From assembly GCA_030704615.1 (NCBI GenBank), contig CM060731.1, positions 12,834,001 through 12,898,000 on the forward strand: 64,000 nucleotides of DNA. Direction: 5' to 3'. Each line of letters starts with the position of its first letter. Position 1 is the first letter of the stretch. Shown here one piece after another: positions 1 through 13,176 of this stretch. The translations under genes and the position numbers were made by a program. The stretch comes from Takakia lepidozioides. Lineage: Eukaryota; Plantae; Bryophyta. Under the pieces are notes generated by a model that saw only the letters and a program-made list of their open reading frames with translations, was not told the origin of the DNA and ran no database searches.

Positions 1-247
1 CCACATATTGATACCTAGGGTGCAAGCGACGGCGGAAGACATAGTACCGGTATCAACAAAGTTGTGTTCCTTGCGATACCAAGCTGGTCTGGCAGGAGCC
101 CAGGTATTAGTGTTATACTATATTGCCCCCAATATGTTCTCCCCGGGGTATTGCCAGTTGCTTATACCCGCTTGGTCTGGTACCCTGCTGCGATACCCTT
201 ACCTGTGTTGATACCCTGCCTCACCCCCATATACCAGTCCAACACTG
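1..247. mobile_element. Right end of a hAT-type non-autonomous element (runs off the window start)
   Basis: Ends in CCAACACTG (239-247), the terminal sequence shared with the other hAT elements here. Subterminal region rich in GATACC/GGTAT motifs. Confidence 0.6.
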
Positions 248-255
248 GTAAATTC

Positions 256-820
256 CAGTGTTGGGCGGTTCTTGCATTTGTGAAGGAACCTTCAGTTCCG
301 GTTCCACAATTATTTCAAGAGACGGTTCCGGATCCGGTTCCGGTTTTTTTTTTATTGAGCCGGTTCCAATCCGGTGCCGGATCCAACTTTTAAACATGGG
401 GGCGGTTCCGGTTACAGGTTAGTTGCTGATAAAAACCATCGGTTCCGGTTAGGTTCTGGTTCTATTTTTAAAATATATTTGTTTAATTTAATTAGATTTA
501 AAATATTTTATCAGTCCAGTAGATTAAATAGCAGTGTATTCACATATTTGAACTAAAATCCAACGATTTTGCTAGTTTTCACTAACACAAAAAAACAAAC
601 AAAAATACTCTAAATAAACTGGTAGAAGAAAATGGGTAAAATTTTATGGGTTGAAAGTACTATTCAGCTACCTGGCAAGTATTGAGGCATCTTCAAACAT
701 TTTATTAATGAACTTAGCCAGGATATCATGGAGCTGGAGATTGAACCCAAGATCTCATGGCGCTGAAGCATTGAACATAGAATCTCATGGCCTTCAAGCA
801 TTGAACCCAGGATCTCAGGG
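256..820 (-). mobile_element. Truncated copy of the hAT MITE found intact at 29882-30712 (opposite orientation)
   Basis: Starts CAGTGTTGGGCGGTT. Near-identical to the reverse complement of ~30150-30712, including CCGGTT subterminal repeats and a ~30-bp x3 internal repeat. Similarity stops near 820. Confidence 0.9.
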
Positions 821-2835
821 CCTTTTGTGGTGATTTTGGAAAAGTGAAAAAAAACCCATTGCTAGGGAGGGTTGTTCTTTCATGCACACTACATTTTTGA
901 AACACTTGTCATATTAGCCTCCATAAGGTTATTCTTGTCATAGACAGATTGCATATTCTTTTAGGCATACATTGTGGGAAAGCTGTTTCAAACCCTAAAC
1001 TCAATCCATAATAACATTCTTTTTGCTGGCAAAATTTCGCTTAAAAACTCCTTTCGTTTTGGAAAATAAAGGCATTTTGTTTTTTTGCCAAAACAGAGAG
1101 ATGAATGAGAGGTTGTCGCCAGAAAATCTGTATGATTCATGTCAATGTGGGCCTGTCAAGGCCTGCCAGCTGTCATATAGCGACACATTTGTAGAGGTGC
1201 TAGCTCATTTTTTTCGCCACTTGGGGCGCTGGGTAGAGGACACAAGAATGTGGAAAAAAAACTCATGCTACTTTTGAAGAATGTGGAAAAAAACATTGAT
1301 CCATAAGGAGGTGAGTAGCTTGTCCTTAAGATGGTTAGGGCGGGCGAGGCGAGGCATGGAATGGTTTAGAGTAGGCCTTTAATGCGGAGAGGCTGTAAAT
1401 GCTAGGTGCATGGGCCCTGCTCCATGATATAGGGAGCCAGGGCATTGATTGCCTGGCTACAAAGAATTCCAGAGCCATGTAAACCCATACAAAGTAGCCC
1501 ATAGGACAAAAAAGTCATATAGACTTGCAATTTTGACATGCTTGTGAATTTGTGGGTCTCAAGCTCGACGGGAGAATTACGAAAAGCCACGTTGTGAGGT
1601 TTTGCTTAGGAGAACATATTCTAGGTCCATGAAAACATTTAAAAAATAAATAAATAAAATGTTGGAATCTTGTTAATTGGAGGTGCCATGATGCATAACT
1701 TTTTAGGCTAAATGTTACATGGTTGCAATTTGTGGATGGATGGTGGTAGGTAGTTGCACATATTTTAGTGCAAATGGCCAAAAAGTTCATAGCCACCTTG
1801 GGAGATTGAAGGTTAAGCTAAACTGGGGACTCTTATTTTTATTAACATTTCCATTTATTTGAAGATGGTTCAGATTCCAAATTTGCTTTTTTTAAGGGGC
1901 GTGCTTGTAGAGCCCAAGGCGGAAGAAACCTTCTAGATGGTAGCTGCCCTCACCCTCTTTATATAGTGTCTCAAGGAGCCTTCTACAAGGCCGGTCACCC
2001 CTCATCCTACTTTGGAAAGCTCTAGAACTATAAGGAGGGTCCACCCTCCTTCTATGCTAGCCTCTATACGTGGTCTTTGAACATCTCACCCATATCAACA
2101 CTGGTGCCCTCCCTCCCCATTGGCTGCTCCAAATCCTCTCCTTTTTTTCGACCTTCAAGAATAGCCCCTACCACAATTTGGGACCCTTATTTATTTATTT
2201 ATTTATTATCTTGTCAGTGGAGTGGATATCTTTGCCAATTCTTTTTGCTATTCCTGAGAGCAAGACAAATTATCCAGGGAAAAATGGACTTTGCATACCA
2301 GCTCGGTGAAGCCTAAATAGGAAGAGAACCATAAAGTCCAGTGTTAGGCAGATATTATTTTTATTTTAATATCCAACGGTTCTGGGTATTACCAACATGA
2401 CAAACAGCCTGTCCAGGTTGACATCTGGTTGTTAATTTTGGGGCTAATATCAACCAGGTATTGACGGATGTTGGCCGGGTACTACAGTGGGAGTAGTAGT
2501 AGTATCGTACGTTGTTGTCAGATTCGACAACATAGTGCCGAAATAATTATTTTTTGGAGGCTCAGTCCATTCGGCACCTCATATTTTATACTCCAGGGTT
2601 TCAGCAGTTAGGATTAAAAAATTTCACATTTTGGGCATTTGGGCAGTGTCCAGAGTAGTATATAGCACAAATATGTATTTTGTCCTTTCGTAGATTTTTT
2701 GAGATTTTCCAAATTTTCTCATTTTTGCAAGCTGAGTATGTAATATGTCTGGATTTTTAGACATATCACTTGAGTTAATCCAAAAATTTCAACTACCCAA
2801 AGTATAATAAGTTTTTGTCGAATTTGACAGCAACG

Positions 2836-2858
2836 TAGTAGTAGTAGTGGTGGTAGTG

Positions 2859-2889
<31 letters not shown>
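2836..2889. repeat. (GTA/GTG)n trinucleotide microsatellite
   Basis: gtagtagtagtagtggtggtagtggtggtggtggtagtagtag... Confidence 0.9.
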
Positions 2890-3405
2890 GGTTTTCATCA
2901 TTAGCTGCTAGTTATGCAACTACCCTAAAATCACCAATTCTGATTCCGTGATATGATCCGGATTGATATCCTCATGGCTCTATGCCCCGCAAAACACGTG
3001 AATTGGTGGCCCTAGGATTTTCGTGGATTTGAGTTGCCTCTCATGAAGACAGGGGTCAAAAATCCAAGAAAGATCTAGGGCCAAATTTTTTCCTTGTGTA
3101 AAGATATAACATCTGTCCTTGGAAGCAATGGACAAAGTTTCATAATAATTCCATAATCAACGTATGAAGCAAGGTTGTTTGTTTGATTGTTTGTTTTCAT
3201 TGTTCAGATCTCCTTGAACCGCAGGCCCACCTTGGCTCTTGGGACCCCGATCTTCTTAGGGTGAACCATTTGCTCTCCTCAACTATCCATTTGTGGATGT
3301 CCAGGGAAGTTGGAACTTCCCTGCATATTTTGCCTTATGGCCTTGTTCCAAGTTAATTTTTTCCTCGCTCTTATTAATTTGATGAACCGGCCTCTCTTTT
3401 AAATT

Positions 3406-3410
<5 letters not shown>

Positions 3411-3436
<26 letters not shown>
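3411..3436. repeat. Poly-G homopolymer (~26 G)
   Basis: Uninterrupted G run. Confidence 0.9.
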
Positions 3437-3537
3437 TGCCAAAACAACAAAAGGTAAAGGCGGCAACAATGCGCCTGTGGGCCCCGCCAGTATGGCCCAT
3501 GGGGTCAACTCAGAAGCCCAACTCTCATCCTCCGGGT

Positions 3538-3678
3538 CCGCCGGAGGGTCCATTGGATAGTCCAGTCCGTTCTGGAGAGTCCGCTGGAGGGTCCACCCAC
3601 TCTTTACAGACTTCGCTGGAGAGGGTCTACTCTACAGTCCAACCGCTTGAGGGTCCACTCTATAGTCCAGTCCGCTGC
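3538..3678. repeat. Degenerate ~30-bp minisatellite (consensus ~CCGCTGGAGGGTCCACTCTACAGTCCAGT)
   Basis: 4-5 imperfect copies containing GAGGGTC and AGTCCA motifs. Confidence 0.6.
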
Positions 3679-4059
3679 CATAGAAGACAATGTCAACTTA
3701 AGAAATTTTAGAAAGATTAAGTATACAAAATATTTAATTAATAACACTACCACCTAACAAAAATTGCATACCAAGCACTTTACCACCTTATAAGAGGTGA
3801 ACACCTAACCTTTTACATTACATTCAATGCTCTTAACCAACACACTACCCACTGCTTTTGAAAGCCTTGGAATTGTTTAATGTTTTATATGCATTACCAA
3901 TACCTAGGGGCACATCATGGCTCGGACCTACCGCAGCACCCCAGATCTAGCTATGGATATATGAGGCCTCCCGAAGGAAGCGTAAATATGGTGTCTCTTC
4001 ACCTCGAAGGGTTGCAGCCTTCCGTGAGGAAGGTGGATATCTTTGTGACACCAATCGGT

Positions 4060-4465
4060 AGCTCTATCTCCTTCTCTTCTGAAGGCATTGGGGAGGTTCA
4101 GGGTGGGCTCACATCGTCTGCAAATGGAACTTTATAACGTCCGCGGAAAGCTCAAAGAGCTTATGGGACAAAAGGGAAAAACAGGAAAGAAGAGAAAGCC
4201 ACAGCCAAAAGCAGCCCAGAAGCAACTACTGCTCAATGGATTGCCTAACGGCCAAGGCCTGATCATGCAGAAAAGCTGCCAAGCATTTCTGATCCTTGTA
4301 ATGGAAGACCTCTGTAAGAGATTGGGTATCCTGGAATAGAGAGTCCAATTTCCCATGGATCCCATAGTATAAATGGCAGTGAAAGAAGAAATGTTCTTCA
4401 CTTTCAATTCCCTGTAGTTCTTAGCGCAGGCGGCGGGCAGAGGCGGTCATCACGTTGGAGAGATC
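4060..4465. mobile_element. LINE family A 3' fragment with internal inversion
   Basis: 4060-4128 (+) encodes ALGRFRVGSHRLQM. 4128-4465 (-) carries the downstream CCHC region and family A 3' tail. Confidence 0.8.
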
Positions 4466-4661
4466 TCCGTAGCAGTGGACCTTCCGACGGGTAAAGGTGC
4501 TCCCTGCCCTAGGCACACTCTGTACATGTGGCCCCGCCACAGGCGCATTGAAGATGCTATTATGTTATAATGAGAAGCGGTGAGGGCCCTGTAATCCCCT
4601 TTCTTTTCAAAGTAAAAAACCAAAAACAAAAACAAAACAAAAAATGTCAACAGGTCTTCAC

Positions 4662-5934
4662 CAATATTGTGCGGGTAAGGATAAATAAAAATCCAAATAT
4701 TATTTATCCTCCTGGCAAGGATAAATTGCATTTATTTATTCTATGGGTAAAGGATAAACGCCAATATTTTTGACCTGGTAAGGATAAATAATTTATTCTT
4801 TCTATACACCGTCTAGTAAATAAAGGATATATAAAAGGATACATAGTTTTTTTGTTTGTTATGTGCAACTCAAAAAATATAACTAATTACTTAAGGTAAT
4901 CAATTTTTGGTCTATTTTTTGGTTTAGTATGAGGCTGATTGTACCACATGTTGTGAATGATATGAGGGAGGATCATGAGTGTGTTTCACACCAAAGATAA
5001 TAATCAAACAAAGCCAAATAAGACCGTGTAGCAATGCCTCGTCCACGAAACTAGTGCCTCCGAGATCCAGGTTGACTTGATAGCATTGGATACTGCACAC
5101 CCGTGTACCCGTGCACTCTAAGCAAAGTGACTATTGACACAAACCCAAAGCTTTAGAGATGAAGCCAGCATCCCCACCGGGCCCGCGATCAGCCACAGAA
5201 GCGGCAAAGTTCCGTGTCGGAGAGAAAAGACACAAAAACCATGCCCCACCGCTGAACGTTACAATGCGCGGTAACGTTCAGTGCGCTCCAAATTGGAACC
5301 GGACCCCGGACCTTGCCGTCTCCTTCCGGCCCACGACGGCTCACCAAAGTCAACGTCAGACGAGTCCAGCGCGCATCTGGAGAGTCAGGCGATCATCCCA
5401 CACGTGAGACGCTGGCGAGCGAGAGGTTGAGCGGGAGGGTGGGATGAGGTTTGCCGTGCAACCGGTGGGGAGCAATCCAGCTGCAGGCACCCCATCTTCT
5501 TGAGCGCTCTGCACATGCCTCAATAAAAGGCACTTGATGTACCCACATACACAGCCACCGGTGGTGATGGTCTTATAAGGTACGCCCGCACTATATGGTA
5601 CACGATAATGGTACGCCCCACTATGTGGTGCACGAGAACGGGATGCCCTTGGAGATGGTGATAGAAGGGAGGATGCTTGGAGCACAAGGGACCCTTGAGT
5701 CAGGCCCTCGTACTTAGGGATGAAGAAGAGTTTTTTATTTACCTTTCTACTATTTACCCTCCAAAAATTTATATTTACCCGTGGATAGAGGGCATATGAA
5801 ATTTATTTACCCTTCAGACGGGTAAGCTCAGAATATTTACCCGTCTTAAGGGTAAGTAAGGTAAATGGGCCAATACGGGTAAATCATTTACCTTACCTTG
5901 AAATCGGGGTAAATGATTTACCCGCACAACACTG
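4662..5934. mobile_element. Non-autonomous hAT element with 8-bp TSD
   Basis: TIRs CAATATTGTGCGGGTAA / TTACCCGCACAACACTG. TSD GTCTTCAC at 4654-4661 and 5935-5942. GGTAA/GGATAA subterminal repeats at both ends. Confidence 0.9.
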
Positions 5935-6828
5935 GTCTTCACGCTTCTATTCACGTTTGGGAGTCAAGGTCCTTGACCACAGTTGACTGTGGACCAGGGG
6001 CCTGGGTGGAATCCAACTACCACATCGCTGTGGACTATGCTCAGGTTATTCATCCAACATTCGTCCAACGGACTACCGCTGCGCAACTTGTTTCTCTGCC
6101 CAGGCGGCAGCTGGCATCGACTAACTTCCCGTTGGCGCGTGTGAAAGTGAAGCGGGTGGACGCGGCGATGATTGCAAGGACCGACCCGGTGGAGGGGCCC
6201 GGGCGGGCCACCAACCCGGTGCATGCTACAGCCCCTTCTGTCTCGTCCTCACAATCTGGCCTCGCTACATACAATGCTCCAGAGTAGATTGTCTTGTTCA
6301 CTTGTGCGACGTGCTCTTCTCCTTCGAGCGATCAAGTGTGTGCAGTCTGCTCTGCTCCTGAAATCTTATAAGCGGTCCAGAGGTGACGAGCGCATTTTGT
6401 TCTTGGTGCTGGAGTAGAGTTAATCCGTTGATCCGTTAATCGACCGTTTCCGTTTTGTTTGCTTCCGTTTTATTGGCATTCTTGTCTCTCGAGCTTGTGA
6501 TTTCATTCTGCTTCTCTCTACACGTCTCTCTCTACTCCTGGATCTGTTGTCAATTCTGGACGCTGTTTTGTGAGCCTCCGCTTGAATCTCAAATTATTTT
6601 CCCGCCTCCTTTTTCGGTCAAAGATTTCACTATCATGTAGCACGGATCTATCGCTCTCATGTGGCTAACACGATCATTCTTTACGGAACGATTGAACCTG
6701 TTTCGAATTCTAGATTTTACCTCTGGGGATTAATTTTTAAGGAGTTATATATTTGGAGGCTGAGTTGTTCAGAGTTTGTCCCTTGCTGTACACGGGTCTG
6801 AAAAATTATCCAATATATAAATTATAAC

Positions 6829-9800
6829 ATGGATGGAAGGAGGCCTTCTCAAGAACTCGCTGAAGATGCTCGAAAGGAGCGAAAGGACGCGGTAACAACG
6901 TTACGAGTGATGCAGACAGACACACAGAATTTTGGTCGTCTTAGAAACCATGATACAATTTTGATGAACGGAAGCACAGGGTCTGGCAAATTTATTAGTC
7001 TACCCTCGGACATCAATGGGGCCACGCCGAGAAATGGCATTATTTTTAGCCAAATGCAGGAGTCAAACACCATTGATTTGAGAGGAGAGCCTGGAGGGGC
7101 GGTTGAAGGGAGATCGTGTTCTTCTTCCGGTCAGGATGTTTGGGAAAGCTATTGGCAGGCATTGCATCGCTGCCTTGCGGCATCAACCAAGGGTTTCGCG
7201 GTTGGGGCAGGGCTGCGTGGCGGTCTCGCCCTTTTTTCCATCCTTAGTCGATTGAAGCGAAGATCGGCCTCTTTGTAAGACTTCTGCTACTTGGAATGCT
7301 ACATTTTGAGCTTACACGGTGCTCCGGAGATGTAATCTCCCGAGATGAGTCATACAATCCAACGGATTTTCCCTTTCTAAAATTTCTTCCCAAAATCCAT
7401 AACCAAAATCCACAAGTATTGTTCCCTGCTTGAAAAGTGTTTCAGGTGAAATCGATCATATGTTGCGCATTACTTATTCAGTGCGACTTTTTCGGTAGTG
7501 TTAAGAAACTCGGCCATGCCGCTTTATATGAGCATCATGGAGACCAATGGAGGTGATCTGCACTGCTCGTCAGCATGCACTAAAAAGCTGCATTGTGGCG
7601 GATCAAAATGTAAAGTTTGTGCCAAGAATACCTTGAAAGCCTGCTGGAGTTGGTCGTGATCATTGGTCCCTGCAAGAAGTTATTCAAAACCTCAGCGAAG
7701 GTGCCAGGTGGCAATTTCAATCGCGTGGTATTACTAATCGTGGTATTACTTTGCGAGTCGAAGGGTGTAGGGGACTGACTAGAGAGAAAACTACTCCACA
7801 AGGAAAGCATTAGCTAACTGCTCCTTATTTGGCTGTAGGACATCAAACGCAGACCTGCGTGGGAAGACGAACAACAAAGCCATCGTCGCTGCATTGAAGG
7901 AGACATTGCGCTATGGTCTTTTTCTGGGGACATTTTCAGGAGCATTCTGCACTGTGGATGAAGCCATCGCTGCTGTGGGAGGCTCTGGCAGGTTTTTATT
8001 AGAACAGTCCAACTTATAGTCGTCCACACTTCAATTTTTGTTTCTACCTGCTTGTGCTGTGTAAAGGAGAAAGATAACAATAATTCGAAGCATTGTGGAA
8101 TACGAGTTCATCTACATACAAAATTAGCATTTGGATGCATCGTATGCTCCTCTATGGATGTATCGACTCCTAGGCATTGCCCCAAGAACTGAAGGGAGAA
8201 TTCCCTCCGCATTATAGAGTCCTAGGAGATCAGCAGTTTGGCTCTTGTTCTTTGGAGCTAGAAATCCGTTCCGCACTTTCTTCTGACATTGGTGCATTCT
8301 ACACGATGTTTGCAGAACTGCAAGATGGCGAGCATTGGTTGCTGGAGCAGTTGCGGGGCCGGCCTTGTTGTTGACGGGAAGTAAGACAGGGCATACAAGC
8401 TTGGCCCTGTACGTTTTGCTGAGAGCGGCAGTTCTGGCTGCCCGTTGTGGGATCAAGAGTGAACGGGCAGGGTGGATGTTTCGCCCACTGTCGTGGAAGC
8501 ATGGCGATACATTCCTCATGTGCTTGTCGTCTGCACAGATTCTGTACGTATTTTCGCTTCCTTTCCGCTGTTCCATAGAAGAGAGCAATATTTATTTCTA
8601 GAGGTCTGCAAACCTAGGTCCGTGCAAGAATGCTCAGTGTAGAATTGCGGATTGCGAATGATGCAAACCTTTCCAAAGAGTTAGTTCAGTTCTGAGGACT
8701 CACTGTGCCTTCTGCGTTCTCCCACCCGCTCCTGCCACCAATTCATAGAAACATTTTTAGTGCTCCTGCACCTCACAGTCTCTTGAAGCCTATCTTGGTA
8801 TTTGAGATATTATCTAATTCTTCTCCCTTGTTTCCACCTTGTCACTCAGGTCTGCCTGGATTCTCAAACCAGGGAGTCTACCATCATCGTATGTTGCATT
8901 CCTCAACAAGCATTCAGGCAAAGATCGGTCAATAATTGAAGGATTCAGGGAACTGGCCTTCAATATTCAACCTCGCACTTTCCTGAAAACTATTGAGCAG
9001 CACTACAAGACAAACAATCAGGACATTCAACTTGACCCTCATATGTCTATACCCTGCACGGTAATTTTGCCTTCGTGCCAAAAGGAGATTGTCGACACCT
9101 ACTCCCACAATTTGTTTTTAATGCAACGCAAGACAGAATTGTAATTTTTGAGCTTTGCTTGGGTTGCTTTCATATTTCCTTCCAGGCTAGTCCATCACTT
9201 GGTATAAGATTGTAAGGATGTTAAGGCTTTCCTACAAGTGGAGTTGTCTTTGGGTTACAAGCTGAGTTGAAAATTGCTTGACAACAGGTCAAAGGTTGAA
9301 ACCCACTGGAATTGCTTACTTGTTGTAAGGATACTTACCCTTGACTTGTCCCTTTTCCAGATGGTACATGGAAACGAAGGATGCGTATCACATTTCTTCT
9401 CGCATTTGTGGGCTTCATATCTCAGGGCTTTACCTGTTTATCTCCCTGTCTATCTCGTTCCTGCTCTTCTTGTGCATCGGCAAGGGCTCTTTGCAAGGTG
9501 AGGCGAATCTTCTGACAGCTTAGACAATCCCTTGAGCAGTAATTGCTTTTGGGCTGCTTTTGGCTTCGCGCTCTGTCTTTTTTTCTCTTGTTTCTTGCTT
9601 TCCTTTTGTCCCATAAGCTCTTTGAGCTTTCTGCGGACAAGTTCCATCGTATTTCAGTTCATTTCTTTCCCTATTTTGACATCCGTATCTCAAGGGCCAT
9701 ATGCAGGAGAGACATAGGCAATCCAATGACAAACTGTCCAGTTGATGATTCTGTGGCCCTGTGTCTCCAACCGCCATAGCTTTACTTGCCTCAGAATATC

Positions 9801-11818
9801 TGGGACTCTTAAGTGGTGCTTTAAATATCTGACGTCAAGTGAGGACCAGGCTATGTTCCTAGTCTCTTAGTTATTTCTCAATTGTTCCTTCTTTGCTGAT
9901 TTTGTGATTTGTCCCTAGGGGAGGGAAAACCAAGAAGGTGCCCAAAATACGATGGCATGGAAGGGATGAAGAGCTAAGCTATGACCTTGACATTGGTGGC
10001 GAGTATCCCAGACCATCTGCTTCCATTAAAGATGCTTTGGCAACATTTGAATGGTAACTTAAAACCCCTTGCCAATGGTACCAGTTGTTTTCTCTCTTGC
10101 ATCTCTCCATTGCTATGACATTATACTGATCTCATTAGATAGGGCTTGTTAGCCACTGAATTTTATGTGTCTAGCTTTTCGGATGCTAAAGCTGGACAGG
10201 TTGTCTTTCTGTCTACATCTGTCAACTCCACTCATACATACTGTTGACAAACAAAAGTTTCTGTGATATGCACGTCAACTTCTTCTGTGTAGAAGATTGA
10301 GCTTGATTTTGTTCTCATCTGGAAGACTTTTGCCTTATCTATAGTCTTGCCACCCTTGCCCTTCTCATTTGCTTGAGTGCTTACTCTCTTCTATGTCCCC
10401 ATTGTGATAGCCCACTCCGTGTACTTCAACATAAGCACAGAAGTGAAGAGACATGGGTGGTTATGGCACAGTCATTTGTGTAATTGTACATGTAAGCAGG
10501 TCCCATATAGGGTTTTTGCTTAGCATTCACACTTTTGCAATCACATGCTTAGAATGCATCCCACTGTAGAACTATGCATGGGCAATTTGTTTATGAAATC
10601 GTTTTGTTATCATGGATGCAGGCCTCTTCCTATCCTATCCAAAATGCTGCTGGGCACAGCTAGATCCAGCCTTTTCCTTGCTATGTACTGTGCATCTTCC
10701 TGGTAAGTGACTGTTCCCCCTTCTGACCTTTATATGGGAGGTAGCTAAGGTTTGCAGGCAAGTACATGTCTCTGGTCTTCATGTCCCATAAACCCCCTAC
10801 CACTCCCCATGGACATAAAAATTTCCCTTATGCTATCTTTCTTGTGTCTCTAGAAACCTCCAAGTCCTCTCTCTTCCGAGCATGCTTCATCCTCTCTCAC
10901 CTTGTTTTCAGCAGTCTTCGAGCATTCCACCATTTGTCTGTTAACTAACCCCGTCTCGTGTGTTGTCAGGACTGCGACGTGTGCCTTCCACAGGGCCTCA
11001 GGGAAATGTAACCCGCCCATTTTGGCAGCTGCATGTGTACGTACCCCCTATCTTGATGATGTTTATTATTGGGAGGGGCTCCACAAATTCACTTGTTTGC
11101 GTAGGACAGGCTTGTTACAGTTCGAGGGAAGGATAATGTCTACAATGAACCTCAAACAAATTATGGGGAAAGGGTAGAGGGGAGGGGTGAAGAGATGGCG
11201 AGGGAGAGAGAGATGCAACCCACTGCCTTTTCAAATGCTAATAATTTTCCTTGTGTAACTCAAGGAACAATTTCTGAGATGGTCAAACAAGCTCTACCGT
11301 GAAATCATTGCACACCCAACACATGCCCAATAATGAATTTGCACTGCTACCCCAAGTTTGCTTTTACAACTGCTCCCAATACTACACGTTGTCAACATGG
11401 AACAGGTACTCCAGTTAGTAACATGCTGGCCTCTTTTTTTTGTCTTCAGTCTATACCAGGGCTGGCAACGCTGTTAGAGAAGAAATCACGTCGAATGGAA
11501 CTTGCACTCTACTGCTTGGTTCATGCCATTGAGAGTTTCTCAACCTGTATTGCCGACTCGGGACTGCTGCGCCGCAACAACTTGACACCCCCAAAGAGGA
11601 TGGATGTTCTCCTTTTCAGCCTAGCTACAGGCATCATTATGCACTGCTACGCTCAAGAACGTGAAGTCTTTCGGTCCAAGTATCGCAATGTTCTGGATTG
11701 GGTGTTTGGGCTTCCAGAGGGGGCTACCCCATACGTGTATACTCGCCCAACAAAAGATCCTGTAAAATCCAATGGGCAAATACTAGATCAGAGGCAGCAA
11801 AAAGAAGTAGAAAATTAG
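6829..11818 (+). CDS. TMEM135: Transmembrane protein 135 (TMEM135/PMP52-like), 8 exons: ~6829-7274, 7839-7991, 8316-8543, 8850-9060, 9361-9497, 10622-10702, 10970-11036, 11450-11818
   Basis: Motifs KGFAVGAGLRGGLALF, LRYGLFLGTF, AGAVAGPALLL, YLPVYLVPALLV, ARSSLFL, EKKSRRMELALY. GT-AG boundaries keep the frame. Confidence 0.88.
9519..9665 (+). mobile_element. LINE family A 3' end in a TMEM135 intron
   Basis: TTGTCCCATAAGCTCTTTGAGCTTTCTGCGGAC followed by a degenerate (ATTTC)n tail. Confidence 0.8.
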
Positions 11819-13176
11819 ATTCTCAAAGTTTGATCGGTACAGGTGAAGAGGAGTTTCAACTTTTTGTTGAAATGCTGGGTATACCAATGCGAGCATGGTA
11901 TCGCTTTCCTCTCGGAATGGAAGACAAAATGTGTTGTAGCATTGTGGGCACATCCGAGGGTGAAGTTGTCATACCCTTCATAGTGGTCGTGTTATTATGA
12001 GTTCTCAACAATGTACAACAAAGTCTTCCATCTCCCAACTGGATGAAGAGAGCGGGATTGATTTGGCAAGTGATGATTTCAACTTGTGCAGATGTTGTGA
12101 GGAGGTAAATGCCCACAGGTTTAGCTATTGTGTACAGGCGCGGGATGATTTCAGACTGATGGTATAGAAACAACTGGGGCTTACACATATAGTGATATTG
12201 ATGTATACGGATTAGGTGGGTTATCATCTTGGGGAAAGTCAGTCCCCCTAGCTAAAGTCATAGACAGCTTTCATTCCTCAGGCAATACTGAGAACTTTGG
12301 TGAGTACAGGAAGTGCTTGTGATTGTCCCAATGACATTGGCTCTTCATGTGCTTGATTGCAATGGTAGACCTAGGTACTTTTGAAGAATGGCTCAGGTCA
12401 TCCATGCACTTTGGACTGTCCACCCTAAAAGAAAGACTCTTGTGCCTGGCAGTATCTGCTCTGCAGGTGTGCTGCTGTGAAAATTGCATATGGATTAAAG
12501 CAAAAGGATTCTTAGAGAGATACAAGGAAGATAGTTTTGCACACAGGGCTTAATAAGATTGAAATCAATGGTTTAGTACTAGAACTAAAAGCAAAGAGAG
12601 CTTTGCAAGTTGCCAGCATGTATCTCCAGCCTCTTTCTTTTCATGTGGCATGTGGTGTTATTTTGAACTCTGGGAAAGCACAATGCTACATGACCTGTTT
12701 GCATTGCACCTAGTTCATGCCCATTTGCATTTGCACAGCACCCTATGACAAATGTTTAACATCTAGAAGGAAGAAGGAAGACTCTTTCTGGAACATAACT
12801 TATGGTGTCACTTCAACCCCAAGGGCTGGAAGGTGGACACCTTCCAGAAAATATCGACAAACACAGTATGAAGAGGAAAAGATATCTTGGAAATGGTGGT
12901 TGGCAGTTGGCAGTTGGCAGTTGGCACGCATCAAGTTATGTGGCAAGAAGGCAGTGTAGCTGGACTGCGTGTTGACACCTACGAGATTGGATTGGAATGA
13001 TGGGTTCAGTACAAAGAGTTGGGAAAAGAGGTTTCAAGAGCAGATTCCTGCATAGCTTGCAACCGCAAGTTGCTCTAGGTTACACGAGGTTGTTGTGGAG
13101 ATAGAAGCAAGTAGGGAAGAAAGTGGAGAGAAAGGCTATGACTGCTGCTAGGTATGCTCCATAGATTTCGGCCCAC

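Noticed and set aside
1906-2175. Possible gypsy-type solo LTR (TGTAG...CCACA)
   Set aside because: No TSD and no second copy in the window.
2339-2500. Another CAGTGTT-type hAT left end
   Set aside because: No matching right TIR or TSD found.
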